Shown one piece after another: positions 12,629-26,208 of a stretch of DNA of 64,000 nt. A program made the translations under genes and the position numbers. Every line of letters begins with the position of its first letter. The first letter of the stretch is position 1. The notes beneath the pieces are model-generated. The model was not told the DNA's origin, ran no database searches, and was given only the letters and a program-made list of their open reading frames with translations. The stretch lies in assembly GCF_009914755.1 (NCBI RefSeq), contig NC_060947.1; one strand, written 5' to 3'. The stretch comes from the human T2T-CHM13v2.0 reference genome, Homo sapiens.

Positions 12629-14573
12629 ATGTAGTTTTTATGAAGCCAAATTTGTTCAGTTTTTTAAATTCTAAAATTGTCATTCCAATTGTTTGATGTT
12701 AAAACATCATTTTGTTGTTTATGACATCTTGGTTTTAGTATATGGCAGTTTTTAAAATTAAAAAATGCTCTTACTTGATCAAATAAAATGTTGGCACAGC
12801 TATGCCAGATCCCCCAACAAGAAAAGTAGCATAGAGGGGCTGATAGAGAGGAACCTGGGCTGGGCGTGGGTGAGAAGGCATTTGAGGTGGGCTTCCTGAA
12901 GGCAAGGGGGCCTGAGGAGAGTTAAGAAGGGTGAATAGGAGAACATTCAGCAACAAAGGGTGGGAAAGACACAAGCTGGAGAGCTGGGCCAGGATGAGTC
13001 CAGACAACCTCTAGAAATCTGTGAAGTCTGGGCCGCCACCCAGCAGGTGAGCACCTCTGAGCTTCCCTGTGGAGTGTTAGGGTCGGGGAGTGAGCCGATT
13101 TGTCCCAGACCCGCCTGGCTCACACACGGGGATGAAAAAGTCCAGGTCACTGCATTGGACAGCCACTGAGCTCCCCCACCACAGCCCAAAGGGGTGCCTT
13201 GCGGTCCGTCCAGGCAATTGCTGCCACACTCTGCATCAAACCCCCAACTCCCCGTCTGACTTTGCCTATCCTCCACCTCCTCTCCTACTCTGGCAGCTTC
13301 AGTAAAGCAGGAATCACTCAGCTCTGTGTGTGGGAAAGCACAGAGCCCACAGCGCAAACATACAGGCTCATCGGAAACTCGAAATCCCCCCTCTGCCTTC
13401 CACATACCAAGCCACACACAAGGAGTGGCAGTGGGGTAGAGGCTGGTTCCTTTCTCCAGAATGCCACAGGGCTGGCCTGAGGTTGTGGTGGGGGAAGCAC
13501 TTCCCCCTGGCCAGCTGTATGACCTCTGGATTCCCCAGACCACACGGTTGGCAGCAGGAGGCCCCTGGCGGCTGGGAGCGCCAGACCCATCCGCTGGGGC
13601 AGAGAGTATGACCACCTGAGCATGCGCTTTCGCATTCCAAGTGGTGGGTCTGGATTATCCATTTCTTGGTTTTCTCCAGACCTCTGCTCCATCCATCAGA
13701 GTATTTTTTTTTCCACCTGGAATCCTTTGGCCAGTGGGTGCAGCCATAAGTTTGTCCAGCCAGGGGCATACGCCAGGTGCCTGCCGAGCTGTCCATCTGG
13801 CCCAGGCAAGAGGCAAAGGATAACTTCCAGAAAAAGAGAAAGCCCATGAGGGCAGGGCAGAAGGCAAGGCTAAGGAGTGGAAGTAACAGTCCCAATGCCC
13901 AGCCCAAAGACCTAATCCTGGCCAACAATACTCGGCAGGCATCCCTCGCTCCCTGTTTAGGGCAGGTTGCCATGGTATTTTGCCTGCTGGTGCACTGGGA
14001 CTGGAAAAAAAGCAGAGTGAGCCTGAGGGTGGAGGATTGGGAGGATGGTTAATAATGGGAGGAGAGCTGGACTTTTTGCCCCAGTTCTAGCTGGAGTTTG
14101 CTTCAGCAGCAGAGTATTGTGGCTGTTTCAGGGAGAAGCCCTTGTGCCTTTATGACCCCAGGGATTCCTGCTGCTATAAGTGCCCAAGAATGGCATATGC
14201 CTTACAAGCTGCCCAAGGGCCGGGCATCTATGCCATGGCTCTGCTCCCACTTGTGACATGGTGGGTCTTTCTTATGGCTTGTAAACTCTCCCCATCCCTG
14301 TGGCTGGACTTAGACAGCTCTGTTTATCATTCTCACACTGAACCAACTAGCCATTTCTGTGGGTGGGTGTCAGTCACACCCTACTGATTTCTGGTATATC
14401 CTGACATTGAGTAGCAGCCTGTAGCTGTGATGGGGAGAAAGGTTAATGCTCATTTTGACAGAAGCATTAGAGTTAAGTCCAAACTCCCGGGCTTGGCATT
14501 CAAAGACTTCAACAATTAATCTTCTATAATGCTCAACATTCCAATGCCACATATTTGGACCCCAAAATACAAA

Positions 14574-14575
<2 letters not shown>

Positions 14576-14620
<45 letters not shown>
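14576..14620. repeat. (CA)n microsatellite
   Basis: Directly visible. Confidence 0.97.
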
Positions 14621-14622
<2 letters not shown>

Positions 14623-14924
14623 TACCTGGCATCATGTTGAAAAAAAATAGTGGATAGAACCTTTTCAGTTTTCATTTGTGTGTTTGCCATCTCACAGTTA
14701 CAGGTATGGTGTCAAATTTTATTTGCAAATTGACAATCTCCAACTCTGTGTGTCTAAATATATTTGGATTATCAGTACTTGATATAGTGATTGGTGTCTC
14801 TGTGTTTATGTGTCCAAGTCTTACCTGCACTGACAGGCCAGGCAAACTAATTTGTTCTCCCTAAGATTTTAGACATAAAGCTAACATAAAGCTTTGCTAT
14901 AAGAAATAGGTTGAGGAGAATCAG

Positions 14925-15220
14925 CCAAGTCCCTGCTTTCAATTCTTCTGGATATATATCCAGAGGTAGAATTGCTGGATTATATGGTAATCCTGTGTTT
15001 AATTTTTTCAGGAACTGCCATACTGTTTTCCCTACTGGCTGCACCATTTTGCATTCCCATCAACAATGCATAAGGGCCCAATTTCTCTGCATCCTAACCA
15101 ACATTTGTTATTTCTTGTGTTTCTGGTAATGTCCAGCCTATTGGGTGCAAGGTGGTATCTTGTGGTTTTGCTTTGCATTTCCCTAATGACTAGTGATGTT
15201 GAGCCTCTTTTCATGTGGCA
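14925..15220 (-). mobile_element. L1MA/MB fragment (ORF2 end / 3'UTR)
   Basis: ctgctttcaattcttctggatatatatccagaggtagaattgctggattatatgg...; the ORF track gives the L1-like peptide VQPVGKTVWQFLKKLN. Confidence 0.85.
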
Positions 15221-15957
15221 GGCATGTAAGTTTTTGACCTGTTGATGAAACTGCGCATTTAGTCTTGTTTTCCAAACACTCTTGGACACTGGATATGGCC
15301 ATTGTTTTATAGGTTAGAATGACCTTTACTTAAAGAATGCTTTGTTGTGCAGTTACCTCTGGACTCTCCACATGCTTTGAAGGCTGCAACCTTACAGCCA
15401 GTCAGCCCTGTGGCTTCTCTATACTCTCTGCCCCTCACTGTAGACTTGGCTTTCCATAAGCCCTAAGATTTCTTCGATTCTCTGTTTTCTGTTGTATTTA
15501 ACCCTTATAGTCCCACCCTGCTGTGATAGCCAGCCAGCCATCCTGAAGAGGAAAAGATTCAGGGAATGGAGAAGAGGGGAAAAGGAAGGAGGTGATAGAT
15601 TTCTCTGAACCCATTATCTGGTCAAAAGAGTAAGTGAATCTGGTCCTCCTTCTATGCAAAAACAAAACCAAAAACACCCTATTTTGTCTGTCTATCAAGC
15701 AGTTCTATGCCTTCTTAGAAACTTGCCTATTCTCCAATATGGGTTGAAGTATAGAAAATGTAGCTATGAGAGGGCAAGTGTCAAAATGCCTGGATTTGTC
15801 ACTAAAAATGCTATCTAGGGATTTCCTTTACTGATTGATCTCTTAGTGAGTGTAAAGAGCCAGTGAACCTCATGGAAAACAAAAGTAAGAACAAAAAGGA
15901 AGCCCCTCCAAGTTCTTAGCATTACAGTAGGAGTGTTTACAGTTGGAGAAGGGATGC

Positions 15958-16319
15958 TGTCTTAGTCAGCTTGGGCAGCTATAACAAAATGCCATAGACT
16001 AGGTAATTTATAATGAATAGAAACTTATTTTTCACAGATCTGGAGGCTGGAAAGTCCAAGATAAGGCGCCAGCAAATTTGGTGTCTGATGAGTACCTGTT
16101 CCTCATAGATAGCACCTTCTACGTGTCCTCATGTGGGAGAAGGGGTAAACAGGCTCCCTTCCCTCAAGCTTCTTCTATAAGGGTACTAATCCCATTCATG
16201 AGAGCTGAGCCCTCATGACCTAATCATCTCCTAAAGGCCTCACCTCTTAATACTATCACATTGGGTATTGGGTTCCAACATACGAATTTTGGGGGGCTAC
16301 CAATGTTCAGAGCATAGCA
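15958..16319. mobile_element. MaLR solo LTR, MLT1A/MST-like
   Basis: TG...CA termini: tgtcttagtcagcttgggcagctataacaaaatgccatagact...atgttcagagcatagca. Confidence 0.85.
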
Positions 16320-16469
16320 GACACGTGTCTTCAGTTTCACCTTCCTGTTGGGGTCCTCTCCCTGATCCCCACTGTCCACACTACACCAGGTGGCCTGGGT
16401 TAACCCACCTGGGGACCAGATCCACATTCTTCTCCTTTGGACTCCTGAGATATCTTGCATTCTCATCAG

Positions 16470-16558
16470 GAAATTTGTCAAATACTACAGGACAGCAAGG
16501 AGGAAATCATTGCAAAAATTACAATGAACAGCATATTAAATAGGCAGGTTTCCTGAGT
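16470..16558 (+). other. Candidate 89-nt exon (stops in all three frames, probably non-coding)
   Basis: Acceptor tatcttgcattctcatcag|G and consensus donor AGT|gtaagt. Confidence 0.3.
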
Positions 16559-16849
16559 GTAAGTTTTGGGTCCAACAGTGAATGCAGTCTGAACCACCAA
16601 GAGCCAGGGCATCGTGGCTGGTCCCTTGCCTGACGTCCTTCTGGCCCAGCTCCCAGCCTGTCTCTGGGGAGTGGGTGCCATCTAACTCTCCACTGTCTAG
16701 GAGAAGTTTCCAGGATAAGACCAGAAGAGACCATATTCCAAATTAGCTGTTCATTTGGGCCCTCTGGCTCTAAACCTGGGTCCCTGTTTGGGAAGTAGCT
16801 GTGCCTCCCTGTATACATCCTCAAGGCAAATGGTCTTGTTTTCTAGAGC

Positions 16850-17140
16850 TGGCTTCCCAAGGTAGACCTGTGTCCCCCAGAGAGTGGGAGTCCATCTCGT
16901 GCTTTTGGATGGGACACGAATTAGTATTATGTTTTTAATAGCAATGTGTTTACTTTCGTAGTTTCCTTCTATTTAAGTCATGTGGTAGTGGTTTTCCATT
17001 TACATCAATGAGTCACAGATTTTTTAAGTAAAAGAGTAAGAAATTGAAAAAAAATTAACTAAATAATAGTTAAGGGGGTATGTGGATGTGACAAAAATTG
17101 TGAAGGTAGCCCCCAAGTGACTGAAGATTGGGACATACTT
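16850..17140. mobile_element. hAT-Charlie remnant (MER113-like)
   Basis: gtggttttccatttac...gtgacaaaaattgtgaaggtagcccccaagtgactgaagattggga. Confidence 0.55.
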
Positions 17141-19737
17141 CCTTAGAGTGACTTGCCTCTCTAAAAATAACCTTTTAAGAGACAGTTGCCAGGAGGACTG
17201 TGTGAAAGAATTACCAACTTTGGGTTCCAGGGATCTTTCCCTTTCTGGATCTCTGATGCTCTCTGGTGAGAGCAAGGAAAGCCTAGAATATAATTTTCTC
17301 TCCCCTTTGAATAGTTCTACTAATAGGCTCCTCTGTGAGCACAGATAAAGGGGCCATTGACCATATTTTATTTCTTCATTAGCTTCCTGTAATGCTTTCC
17401 TTGCTGAAATTCAAGGCAGAAATGGTGTGCCTAAACCTCAGATTACTCTTCTTCAGAAGAATCTCTTCAGCTCAATAGTTTACCTTCTATCCCCAGCCTG
17501 CACCTTCGAGAAAGAGGATTTTTCAAATCTTTTCTCGTTTTGCTCCTCACTCTCCCAGCACATATTTTCCAGAAGCATTACATGGGAAGCATTCATAAAC
17601 ATTTTTTGCACTGAAGAAATCTGCACTAAGCTTGACTTCTGCTTATAAAACTACTCCTTGCTCCATTATGTTACAGGCATTCCCTGGGGGGCTGTCCCTG
17701 GCATGCTAGGAAGGGACTGAGGCATCTGGCGTTTATCTAGTCCCTGAGCCAGGCACTACATGAGCCAGGAGCTACACTAGGCCTTCTATTTGTTTGAATT
17801 CTGGCTGAATTCTCAAACCAGCCCAGTAGGTGTCATTTGACATCTGAGGAAACTGAGCTCAGAGAAGCTCAGTAACTTGCCCACCATCACACAGCAAGGA
17901 AGGGGCAGAAGCCAGGAGGACTTGCCCCCGGTTTCCTGACTCTCATGCACTGTGCACTGCCTCTGTGGGGGCTTGCTCTTTTCTGCCTGGCGTGTGCTGC
18001 TGCGCTGCTGTTTGGACAACTAGCAAAAGGTCTCAACACAGGGGCTTTCTCTTTTGCCTGCAACAACAATGAGCTCAAGGGGAAAACAGATTGATTAAAG
18101 CTGATTTTGCCCTAGTGAGAAACTGGCCAGAGCATCCCTGGAGGGCCTCGGGCTGGGCCCAGTTGGCTGTCAGGATGTGGCCTGGAGCCTCACTTCCCTT
18201 CCTGGCTCTCCCTTTATCTTCTACACTCTCCCATTGCCTTCTGCGCCCTGACCCTGCTGCCCTTCCATGGGAGCTGAAAAGCAAGCTGCTCAGAAGGAAA
18301 TGGCTTTTGTTATTTAACCTGAATAAGTGTCACCATGTGCCTTCTCTGGAAATCTACTCATGGCTGAAGAGGGGGACCAGGGTTACCCTAGTGTCCTTTG
18401 TTTTGTTAGGGGCCTAAAGCAGAAGCAAAGGCAACCCTCATGTATACCACTGCTTTTGTCCCCACTTCCTTTCCAAACACTGATCTTAACCCTATTCCCC
18501 TAAAACATAGCTGATAAATGATAAATATTCAGGCCCTTGCCTGGCATTGCAAGCTACAAACAAGCTGGTCTCAAGCAGCCTTTCCAGTCTTGTGACCCAC
18601 CACTTCCTTATACAATCCTCACTTTCCTGGTGGCCAGAATACCCACCATGCCCTAAACGCTCCTGGCTTTCTGGCCTCCTTGTTCCTCCCACCTCTGCCT
18701 ATTAAGCAACTTCGTGAAGTAGGAACGAGCTCACATCCGAAGCGCCGGAGAGAGTGGCATGCCTACCAGCCTCATCTTCTATGTGCTTCAGTTTCCTTCT
18801 CTCTCGAATGTGCCTGATGGTGTAGCCCACTTACCTTGTCAAATGGTTGTGATGAGATTGAATGCTATGAAAAACCCTTAGTAAAATGTGAAACACCATC
18901 CAAATGCTGTTTTGTATTGGTAAAGGAAAATGACCCATCCTTTAGGGCTCAGCTCAATGGCACCTCCCCCGTGAAGTCTCCCCTGATTCCCTGGAGAGAG
19001 TGATCACTCTCTCTTTGTGCAGTGCTGTAGCACTTGGTGGTTCTTGGTGGTATGCATCACTTTTTGCCCAGCACGAGAGTTATTTGTGTCCAAGTTTGCC
19101 TATTCTGTCTTCAAGGCCGGGAGTTTATGTGGAGGGCAGAGAAGTGCTTAGGCATCTTTGTTTCCCACTAGGCCTAGCCCACACGTCTCAAAAAGCACTT
19201 ATTGAACTGGGGAGGCAAAAAACAAAGTCAATTCTTTGACCTGGAAGCTCATCTGAGTCCATGTATGTCTCCTCTGGGAGCTGTGAGAGGAGGGAAAATG
19301 ACAGAGGATGGGGTGGGGAGGGTAGGATGGCTGTAGAGGGAAGTGATGGGAAGCTTTCGAATGACTTAAATTGACTTTTTTTTTTTTTTTAGTTTTCATT
19401 CAATTCTGACCACATGTTTCCCATGAATCCTTAGGGAGAAGTAAGTCAGAAAGTTAGTCCTTCGCCTCTCCCTGGCTCGCCCTGGAGTACCACATGGATG
19501 AGCCAAAGAGCAGGACAGCCTGAGGAACTTGCCTCGTGGGCCTCACGCTCTGTAGCAACTCAGAGGCAGAGAGAAGCTCCTGGGAGGCCCCATATGTGAC
19601 AGCTTCTAAGGAAGCTGCTTGTGGTGCATCCATGAAACAGGGTGGAACAACTGCTGATTTTGAACAACAAAGCTACTTGGAGGCCACATTAGACTCAGAC
19701 CCTGCTCAACATTTGGGTTCTCCCCACCCCGCTCTTC

Positions 19738-19890
19738 TTTTACATTATTGAGGTAAAATTGGCATTCACTAAATGGCACATATTTGAAGTATACAGGTTG
19801 ATGAGTTTGATCATATGTATGCACCTGTGAAACCATTACTACAATCAAGATAATGAATATTTCCATCACCCCTAAAAGTTTCCCCTTATT
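19738..19890 (-). mobile_element. L1MB/MC 3' end fragment
   Basis: ttattgaggtaaaattggca...gttgatgagtttgatcatatgtatgcacctgtgaaaccattactacaatcaagata. Confidence 0.8.
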
Positions 19891-20897
19891 GATCACCTTT
19901 AATCTTTCTTCATAGCCTAAGTAAGGGAAGAACATGGTTTTATTGTTGATGGGTTATTCTTATGTTAGAAAACTATCAGGAGCAGTGGCCTTGGGGACCT
20001 GAGTCCAACTTAACCCTCTGTGAGCCTCAGTTTGTCCATCAATAAAATGGGATAGTTGGACAAAAAAATTGCTAAGGTTTCCTGTCAGTCTGAGTGACAG
20101 GACCTTTCTATGATACAACCTTTCTAAACAGCAATTTTTAAAAAACATAAAAGAAGTGTAATCTACTTTGCTTTCTCATGCCCCCAAGTTACATTCTGGC
20201 AGGGTCATGGCTGATGGTCAGAGTGATGTCGGGTTCTGAGGGTTCTGGGTGGATTATTAACTACATTTTACAGATGAGAAAACAGGCTAAGAAAGAAGAG
20301 AAGATCGGCTCAAAGTTACACAGCCAACACGTAACTGAGCTGGGATGCAAATCCAGCAGTGACTCCTAATCTAATGTTCTTTGCACTGCCCCACACTCCA
20401 TTCCCAAGAATACAGGCCTAGTTCCATGTTGCTGTCATGACTAAGGGTCCTTGCATCCAACAGATAGTTCTACTTTCCTCCTGGTTTGATCTGGGGACCA
20501 TAGTTCACCTCCTCAGATCTCTGGTAGGTAAGGAGGCAAGAGAGGAGGCTCCCCTGCCCTCCTAAATCAGACCAAATCAGGCCACAGAACAGGAGTCTTA
20601 AGTTTTCTTAGACTGGAGGTTTCCAGAAAGCAGACGCTCTCTGGGCATGTAATTCATTGTATTCAGCCTCCTAGTACCAGGTACGGACAAATGTTCAGTA
20701 AACCCCATGGCGGGAACACAAGGTCAGCAGGACAGGATAGAAATCTTGGGATTAGGAGGGACCTCTACCTGGCACTTTGCCTCATGTTTGCCCTGGGGTA
20801 CAATCCCCCAAGGGGACCTGTTATGGGCTGGGGTTGGGGCAGTGCTGGGCTGAGCTGAGTTGCACACAGTCATTATGGTGTGAGCACGTGCCCCAAC

Positions 20898-21135
20898 AGT
20901 GCAGTGGCACGATCTCGGCTCACTGCGAGCTCCGCCTCCCGGGTTCACGCCATTCTCCTGCCTCAGCCTCCTGAGTAGCTGGGACTACAGGTGCCCACCA
21001 CCGTGCTCAGCTAATTTTTTGTATTTTTAGTAGAGATGGGGTTTCACCGTGTTAGCCAGGATGGTCTCGATCTCCTGACCTCGTGATCCGCCTGACTTGG
21101 CCTCCCAAAGTGCTGGGATTACAGGTGTGAGCCAC
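20898..21135 (-). mobile_element. AluY, truncated at both ends, no poly(A) tail
   Basis: AluY-type gagctccgcctcccgggttcacgccattctc and ttagccaggatggtctcgatctcctgacctcgtgatcc; no T-tract at the left end. Confidence 0.92.
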
Positions 21136-24100
21136 AACAGCTGCATCTTTTATAACTCCCTGGAGGAAGGGAGGGGGGCCAGTTACTTTCCCTGCCCTTT
21201 TTTTCAGACCCCCAGTCGGCCTACTGTGCCTCAGCGTAAGGTAGGAAAGAGTGCCTCCATGGGGAATTTGTGGTGGTAGCAGGGTTCTGAGCAGACCCAG
21301 GGTGTTTACTCCCTGAGTACTCAGGAAGTACCCAGAGTAGGTGCTCAGTAAATATCTGCTGACTGACTGAATGAACTCTAACTCCATGTCAAGCACAGTA
21401 GGGGGTACAACGATGAATTGGCCTCCATCCCTGACTGTAGCAGAGAAAGAGGGATAAGACAAGCACATAAATAACTGTTACACACGACAGAATGTGATAA
21501 ATGCCTTGGGAGATGAACAGCCAATTGCTCAAAGAGCTTGGAGGAGGGACGCTCACATCTGGCAATGGTGGGGGGAAGGGACTCTAGAGAAAACTTCCTG
21601 CTTGAGGTGACATTCGAGCTGGTTTTGAATAGGGACGGGGTTTCTACAGTGGCTCAGGAATGTTTGTGTGGTGGGGGTGGGGAGTCAAGGCAGGCTGCAT
21701 TCCAGGCCCCAGCAGCAGACTTAGGGCCAGAAGTCTCCCTTAGTATATCCTCAGAGAGCACAGAGAACTGCAAATCAGTGATAGTCCTAGAGCCTCACTA
21801 TAACTGCGTGTTTTCAACCTCCATCCCACCATGCCTTGATTTGAGACCCCCTACAAGTGGCCAAATGGACTTAGCTGGGCTGCTTGCTGGCTCATGGGCT
21901 AGCTAGCCCAAACCAGAAGTGAGAGCCAGTCCTGGTGGCCTTGCAGACATTTCCTCATGAAAGCCTTTCTTCCCAGCTCAGCTCTTATCTGGGAACAATA
22001 AAGGTCCTCAACTCTGGGAGAAGGCCATGCAGGGAACAATAGTTTCTGGCTCACTTCATCCATCATTCATGTGGCTCAGATAGACCATTGCTGAGCAGCA
22101 GTGGGGACGAGTTGGGGGAGGGGGAGGGCACATTATTTTGCATGAGATTGTTCATTGGGCTGCCCCAAAACTACACAGTGGGGAATTGGGTAGCGACATT
22201 CCTGGGTGTGCTATACATAGGCATGAGCCTGGGCATATAATCCAGCCCTTTCTCTTCTCTCTGCCTCTTTGTTTCCTAATTTCTGTCCAGAGGCAGTTGG
22301 TTGCTGTTAACTGGTAAACTGAATGGTTTCACTGGACATGGGACAAGATATTGGATTCATTTCAGCAGATATTTTCAAATATATTATCTCATTGAATCTT
22401 CAAAACAATTTTATAAGTTGGAATTATTATTTTCACTTTACAGATGAGGAAACTGAGGCCCAGAGAAGTTAAGCAACTGCCAAGGATGCAGATAGGAAGG
22501 TGAAATTGGATATCAGGACTCCTAACTGCAAGTGACCTCAGCTGTACAGTCTGAAGGCTGGCAGTTACAAATTAGTTGCAAACGATCCAGGGACTGAACA
22601 AAGGAGAAAAAAGGGGAAATGCGAGAGTTAGGCAGCTACCAGTTAGGCAACCTATTCTCCTTGTGCCACCATGAAGAATAAGTTGATCAAGGGTGGAAAA
22701 GAAAACTCAGGGCTTCAATTCCAGTATGGAGGGGTCTAGAAGTCTCCAGAGGATAGGAAAGAGGATGGAGATGGAGCCCCCACTCATCTGGCTCTTGCCT
22801 GCCCAGGGTGCTACAGCGATGCAGCCACAGCCTGTCGGCTCTGTTCACCTCTTTAAGGTTGATGTCAGCCAAAGGCAGCCCCCAGAGAGGGACCACTTAT
22901 CCTGAACAAATTTAACGTATGAATATTTGTTAATGTATACAACAGTAAGAGTCTTACTAGTATATTTCTGAAACAGATTTATACCAAAAATTAGTCTGGT
23001 TTTAATTAAAGTATTTTAACAGCTTTTTAAAAAAGATGTAATTTAAATACCACAAAGTTCACCCATTTAAAGTGTACAATTTAATGGTTTTTATTATATT
23101 TAAAGAATTGTGCAATCATCACTACAATCAATTTTAAAGATTTTCAGCTTCAAACCCCCAAATCAATATTGTACCCTCAAGCTGTGACCCCCCAATCCCT
23201 CAGCCTCTCTTACTCCTCCACTCCCCAGTACTAGGAAACGTCTAATCTACTTTTTGTCTCTAGAGATTTACCTACTCTGGACATTTCATATAAACGATAT
23301 TATATGTCTTCTTTTTAAAATAGCTTCTTTTACTTAACATACGGTTTTTTGAGATTTATCCATGTTGTAAGATGTATCAATATATCATTCTCTTTTTTTT
23401 GTGGAAAGATATTCAATTATATGGATATACCATGTTTTGTTTACCCATTCATCAGTTGATAGACCTTTACATTGACAAGTATTTTTGCGGAGCCTAGGAG
23501 TGGAATTTCTGGGTCATATGCTAACTCTATGTTTAACCTTTTGAGGAACTGCCAGACTGTTTTCCAAAGTGGCTATACCATCTCTCCACATCCTCATCAA
23601 TACTTGTTCTGCAATGTTGTCTTGCTTATAACCATCCCAGTGAGTGTGAAGTGGTATCTCATTATACTTTTAATTTGCATTTCCTTAATGACTCATGATG
23701 TTAAACATCTTTTGATGTGTTAGTTGGCACTTTGTATATTTTCTTTGGAGAAATATCTTTTCAAATCCTTTGCCCATTTGTAATTGGGTGATTTGTCTTT
23801 TTATTGTTGAGTTATAATTATTCTTGATATATTCTGGATACTAGGCCCTTATCAGATATCTGATTTACAAATATTTTCTCCCATTCTGAGTTGTCCTTTC
23901 ACTCTCTTGATATTATCTACTAATGCTCAAAAGTTTTTAATTTTTATGAAGTCAAATTTATAGCTACTATGTATTTCTTTTGTTGCTTATGCTTTTTACT
24001 TCTTTTGTTGCTTATGCTTTTGGTATTATATCTAAGAAAGCATTGCCAAATCCAAGATCATGATGATTGACTCCTATATTTTCTTCTAAGAAATTTATTG

Positions 24101-25241
24101 GTTTAGTTCTTACGTTTTGGTCTTTGATCCATTTCTCTTTTATTAGGGTAGGAATCCAACTTTATCCTTTTGCATGTGGCTATCCAGTTGTCCCAGCACC
24201 ATTTGTTGAAGAGACTGTTCTTTTCCCATTGAATGGTGTTGACACTCTTGTAGAAAATCAATTTTCTGTAGATGCATGGGTTTATTTCTTCACTGTCCAA
24301 TTTATTCCATTTGTTTATGTCTTTCTTTATGCCAGTACCATATGGTTTTGATTACTGTAGCTTTGTAGTATAACTAGAAATCTGGAAGTGTGTGTCTTCC
24401 AACTGTGCTCTTCTTTTCTAAGAGTAATTTGTCTATTTGGGGTCTGTTGGAAGACCATGTGAATTTTAGAATTGGCTCTTCCATTTATGCAAAAAGGGAT
24501 ATTGGGATTTTAATGGGAATTGCATTAAATTTGTAGATTGTTTTCGGTAGTATTGACATCTTAACAATACTAAGTCTTCCAGTCCATGAACTTAGACTGT
24601 ATTTCTGTTTATTTATTTAGGCTTCTTTAATTTATTTCAGCATTGTTTTGTAATTTTCAGTGTATGAATCTTGTACCTCCTTGGTTAAACTTATTCATAA
24701 GTATTTTATTCTTTTTGATGCTATTGTAAGTGGAATTGTTTTCTTAATGTCATTTTTGATTGTTTATTGATAATGTATAGAAGTACAACTGATTTTAACA
24801 TATTGATCTTGTACCCTGCAACTTTGCTGAATTCATTTATTAGCTCAATAGTTTTTCTAGGATTTTGTATATATAAGATCATGTCATATGTGAATAGAGA
24901 TAGTTTTACTATTTCTTCCTTAACTATGTGAATGAATTTTTCCTTCCTTCTGTTCTTCTTTCCTTTCTTCTGTACTTTCTTCCTCCCTCCCTCCCTCCCT
25001 CTCTCCCTCCCTTCCTCCCTTCCTTCCTCCCGCCCTCCCTTCCTTTCTTTATTCCTTGTTTTTCATTTATTTTATTTTTGCCTGAATGCTCTGTCTAGAC
25101 GTTCCAATACAGTATTGAATAGAAGTGTCAAGAGAGGGCATCCTTGTTTTGTTCCTGATTTAAGGAGGAAAGCTTTCAGTCTTTTACCATTGAATACGAT
25201 GTTAGCTTTGGGTAGGTTTTTATTTTATGCCTCTTACCGTG

Positions 25242-25549
25242 TTTTTTGTTTGATTTTTGTTTTTGAGACAGAGGCTCACTATGTTGCCCAGGCTGGAGTG
25301 CGGTGCCACGATGATCTCAGCTCACTACAACCTCCGCCTCCTGAGTTCAAGCGATTCTCATGCCTCTGCCTCCCGAGTAGCTGAGATTACAGGCATGCAC
25401 CACCATGTCCAGCTAATTTTTGTATTTTTAGTAGAGACAAGATTTTGCCATGGTGGCCAGGCTGGTCTCGAACTCCTGGCCTTAAGTGATCTGCCTGCCT
25501 CAGCCTTCCAAAATGCTGGGATTACAGGCATGAGCCAGTGTGCCCGGCC
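25242..25549 (-). mobile_element. AluS
   Basis: Full dimeric Alu, antisense. Confidence 0.92.
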
Positions 25550-26208
25550 ATTTATCCTGTTTTGAAAATTCCCTTGTTTTCCTCATTTGCTGAGTGTTTT
25601 ATTATGAAAGGTGTGAATTTTGTTTTTTGTTTGTTTTGCTTCATTTTCAAATGATCATGTGGTCTTTTTCCTTTATTTTATTAATATGACATATTTCAGT
25701 GATTGATTTTCATATGTTAAACCACCCTTACTTTCCTGGGATAAATCCTAATTGGCCATGGCATATATTCTTTTAATATGCTGCTATTGAATTCAGCCTG
25801 CTAATTTTTTCTTGAGAATTTTTACATTTATATAAGGGATATTGATCTGTAGTTCCTTTTCTTGTGATATCTTTGGCTTTGATATCAGGGCAATGCTGCC
25901 CTCAGAGAATAAGTTAGGAAGTGTTCCCTCCTCTTCAATATTCTGAAGAGTTTCAGAAGAATTGGTATCAATTATTCCTTAGATATTTTGTAGAATTCAC
26001 CAGTGTAGCCATCTGATCTTGGACTTTTCTTTATTGGGAGATTTTTTTATTACTGATTCAATGTCTTTATTTGTTATAGGTCTATTCAGATTTTCTATAT
26101 CTTGAGTTCATTTTGGTAGTGTTTTTGTTTCTAGGAACTTGGTTCTCTTATAATTTTTTTAAAATTTCTGTAAGGTTGGTAGCAATGTCCCCACTTTCAT
26201 CTCTTTCC

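Noticed and set aside
13368-13973. 201-aa minus ORF with a hydrophobic, signal-peptide-like N-terminus
   Set aside because: No recognisable homology; overlapping ORFs in several frames are expected in GC-richer DNA. Kept only as an unexplained island.
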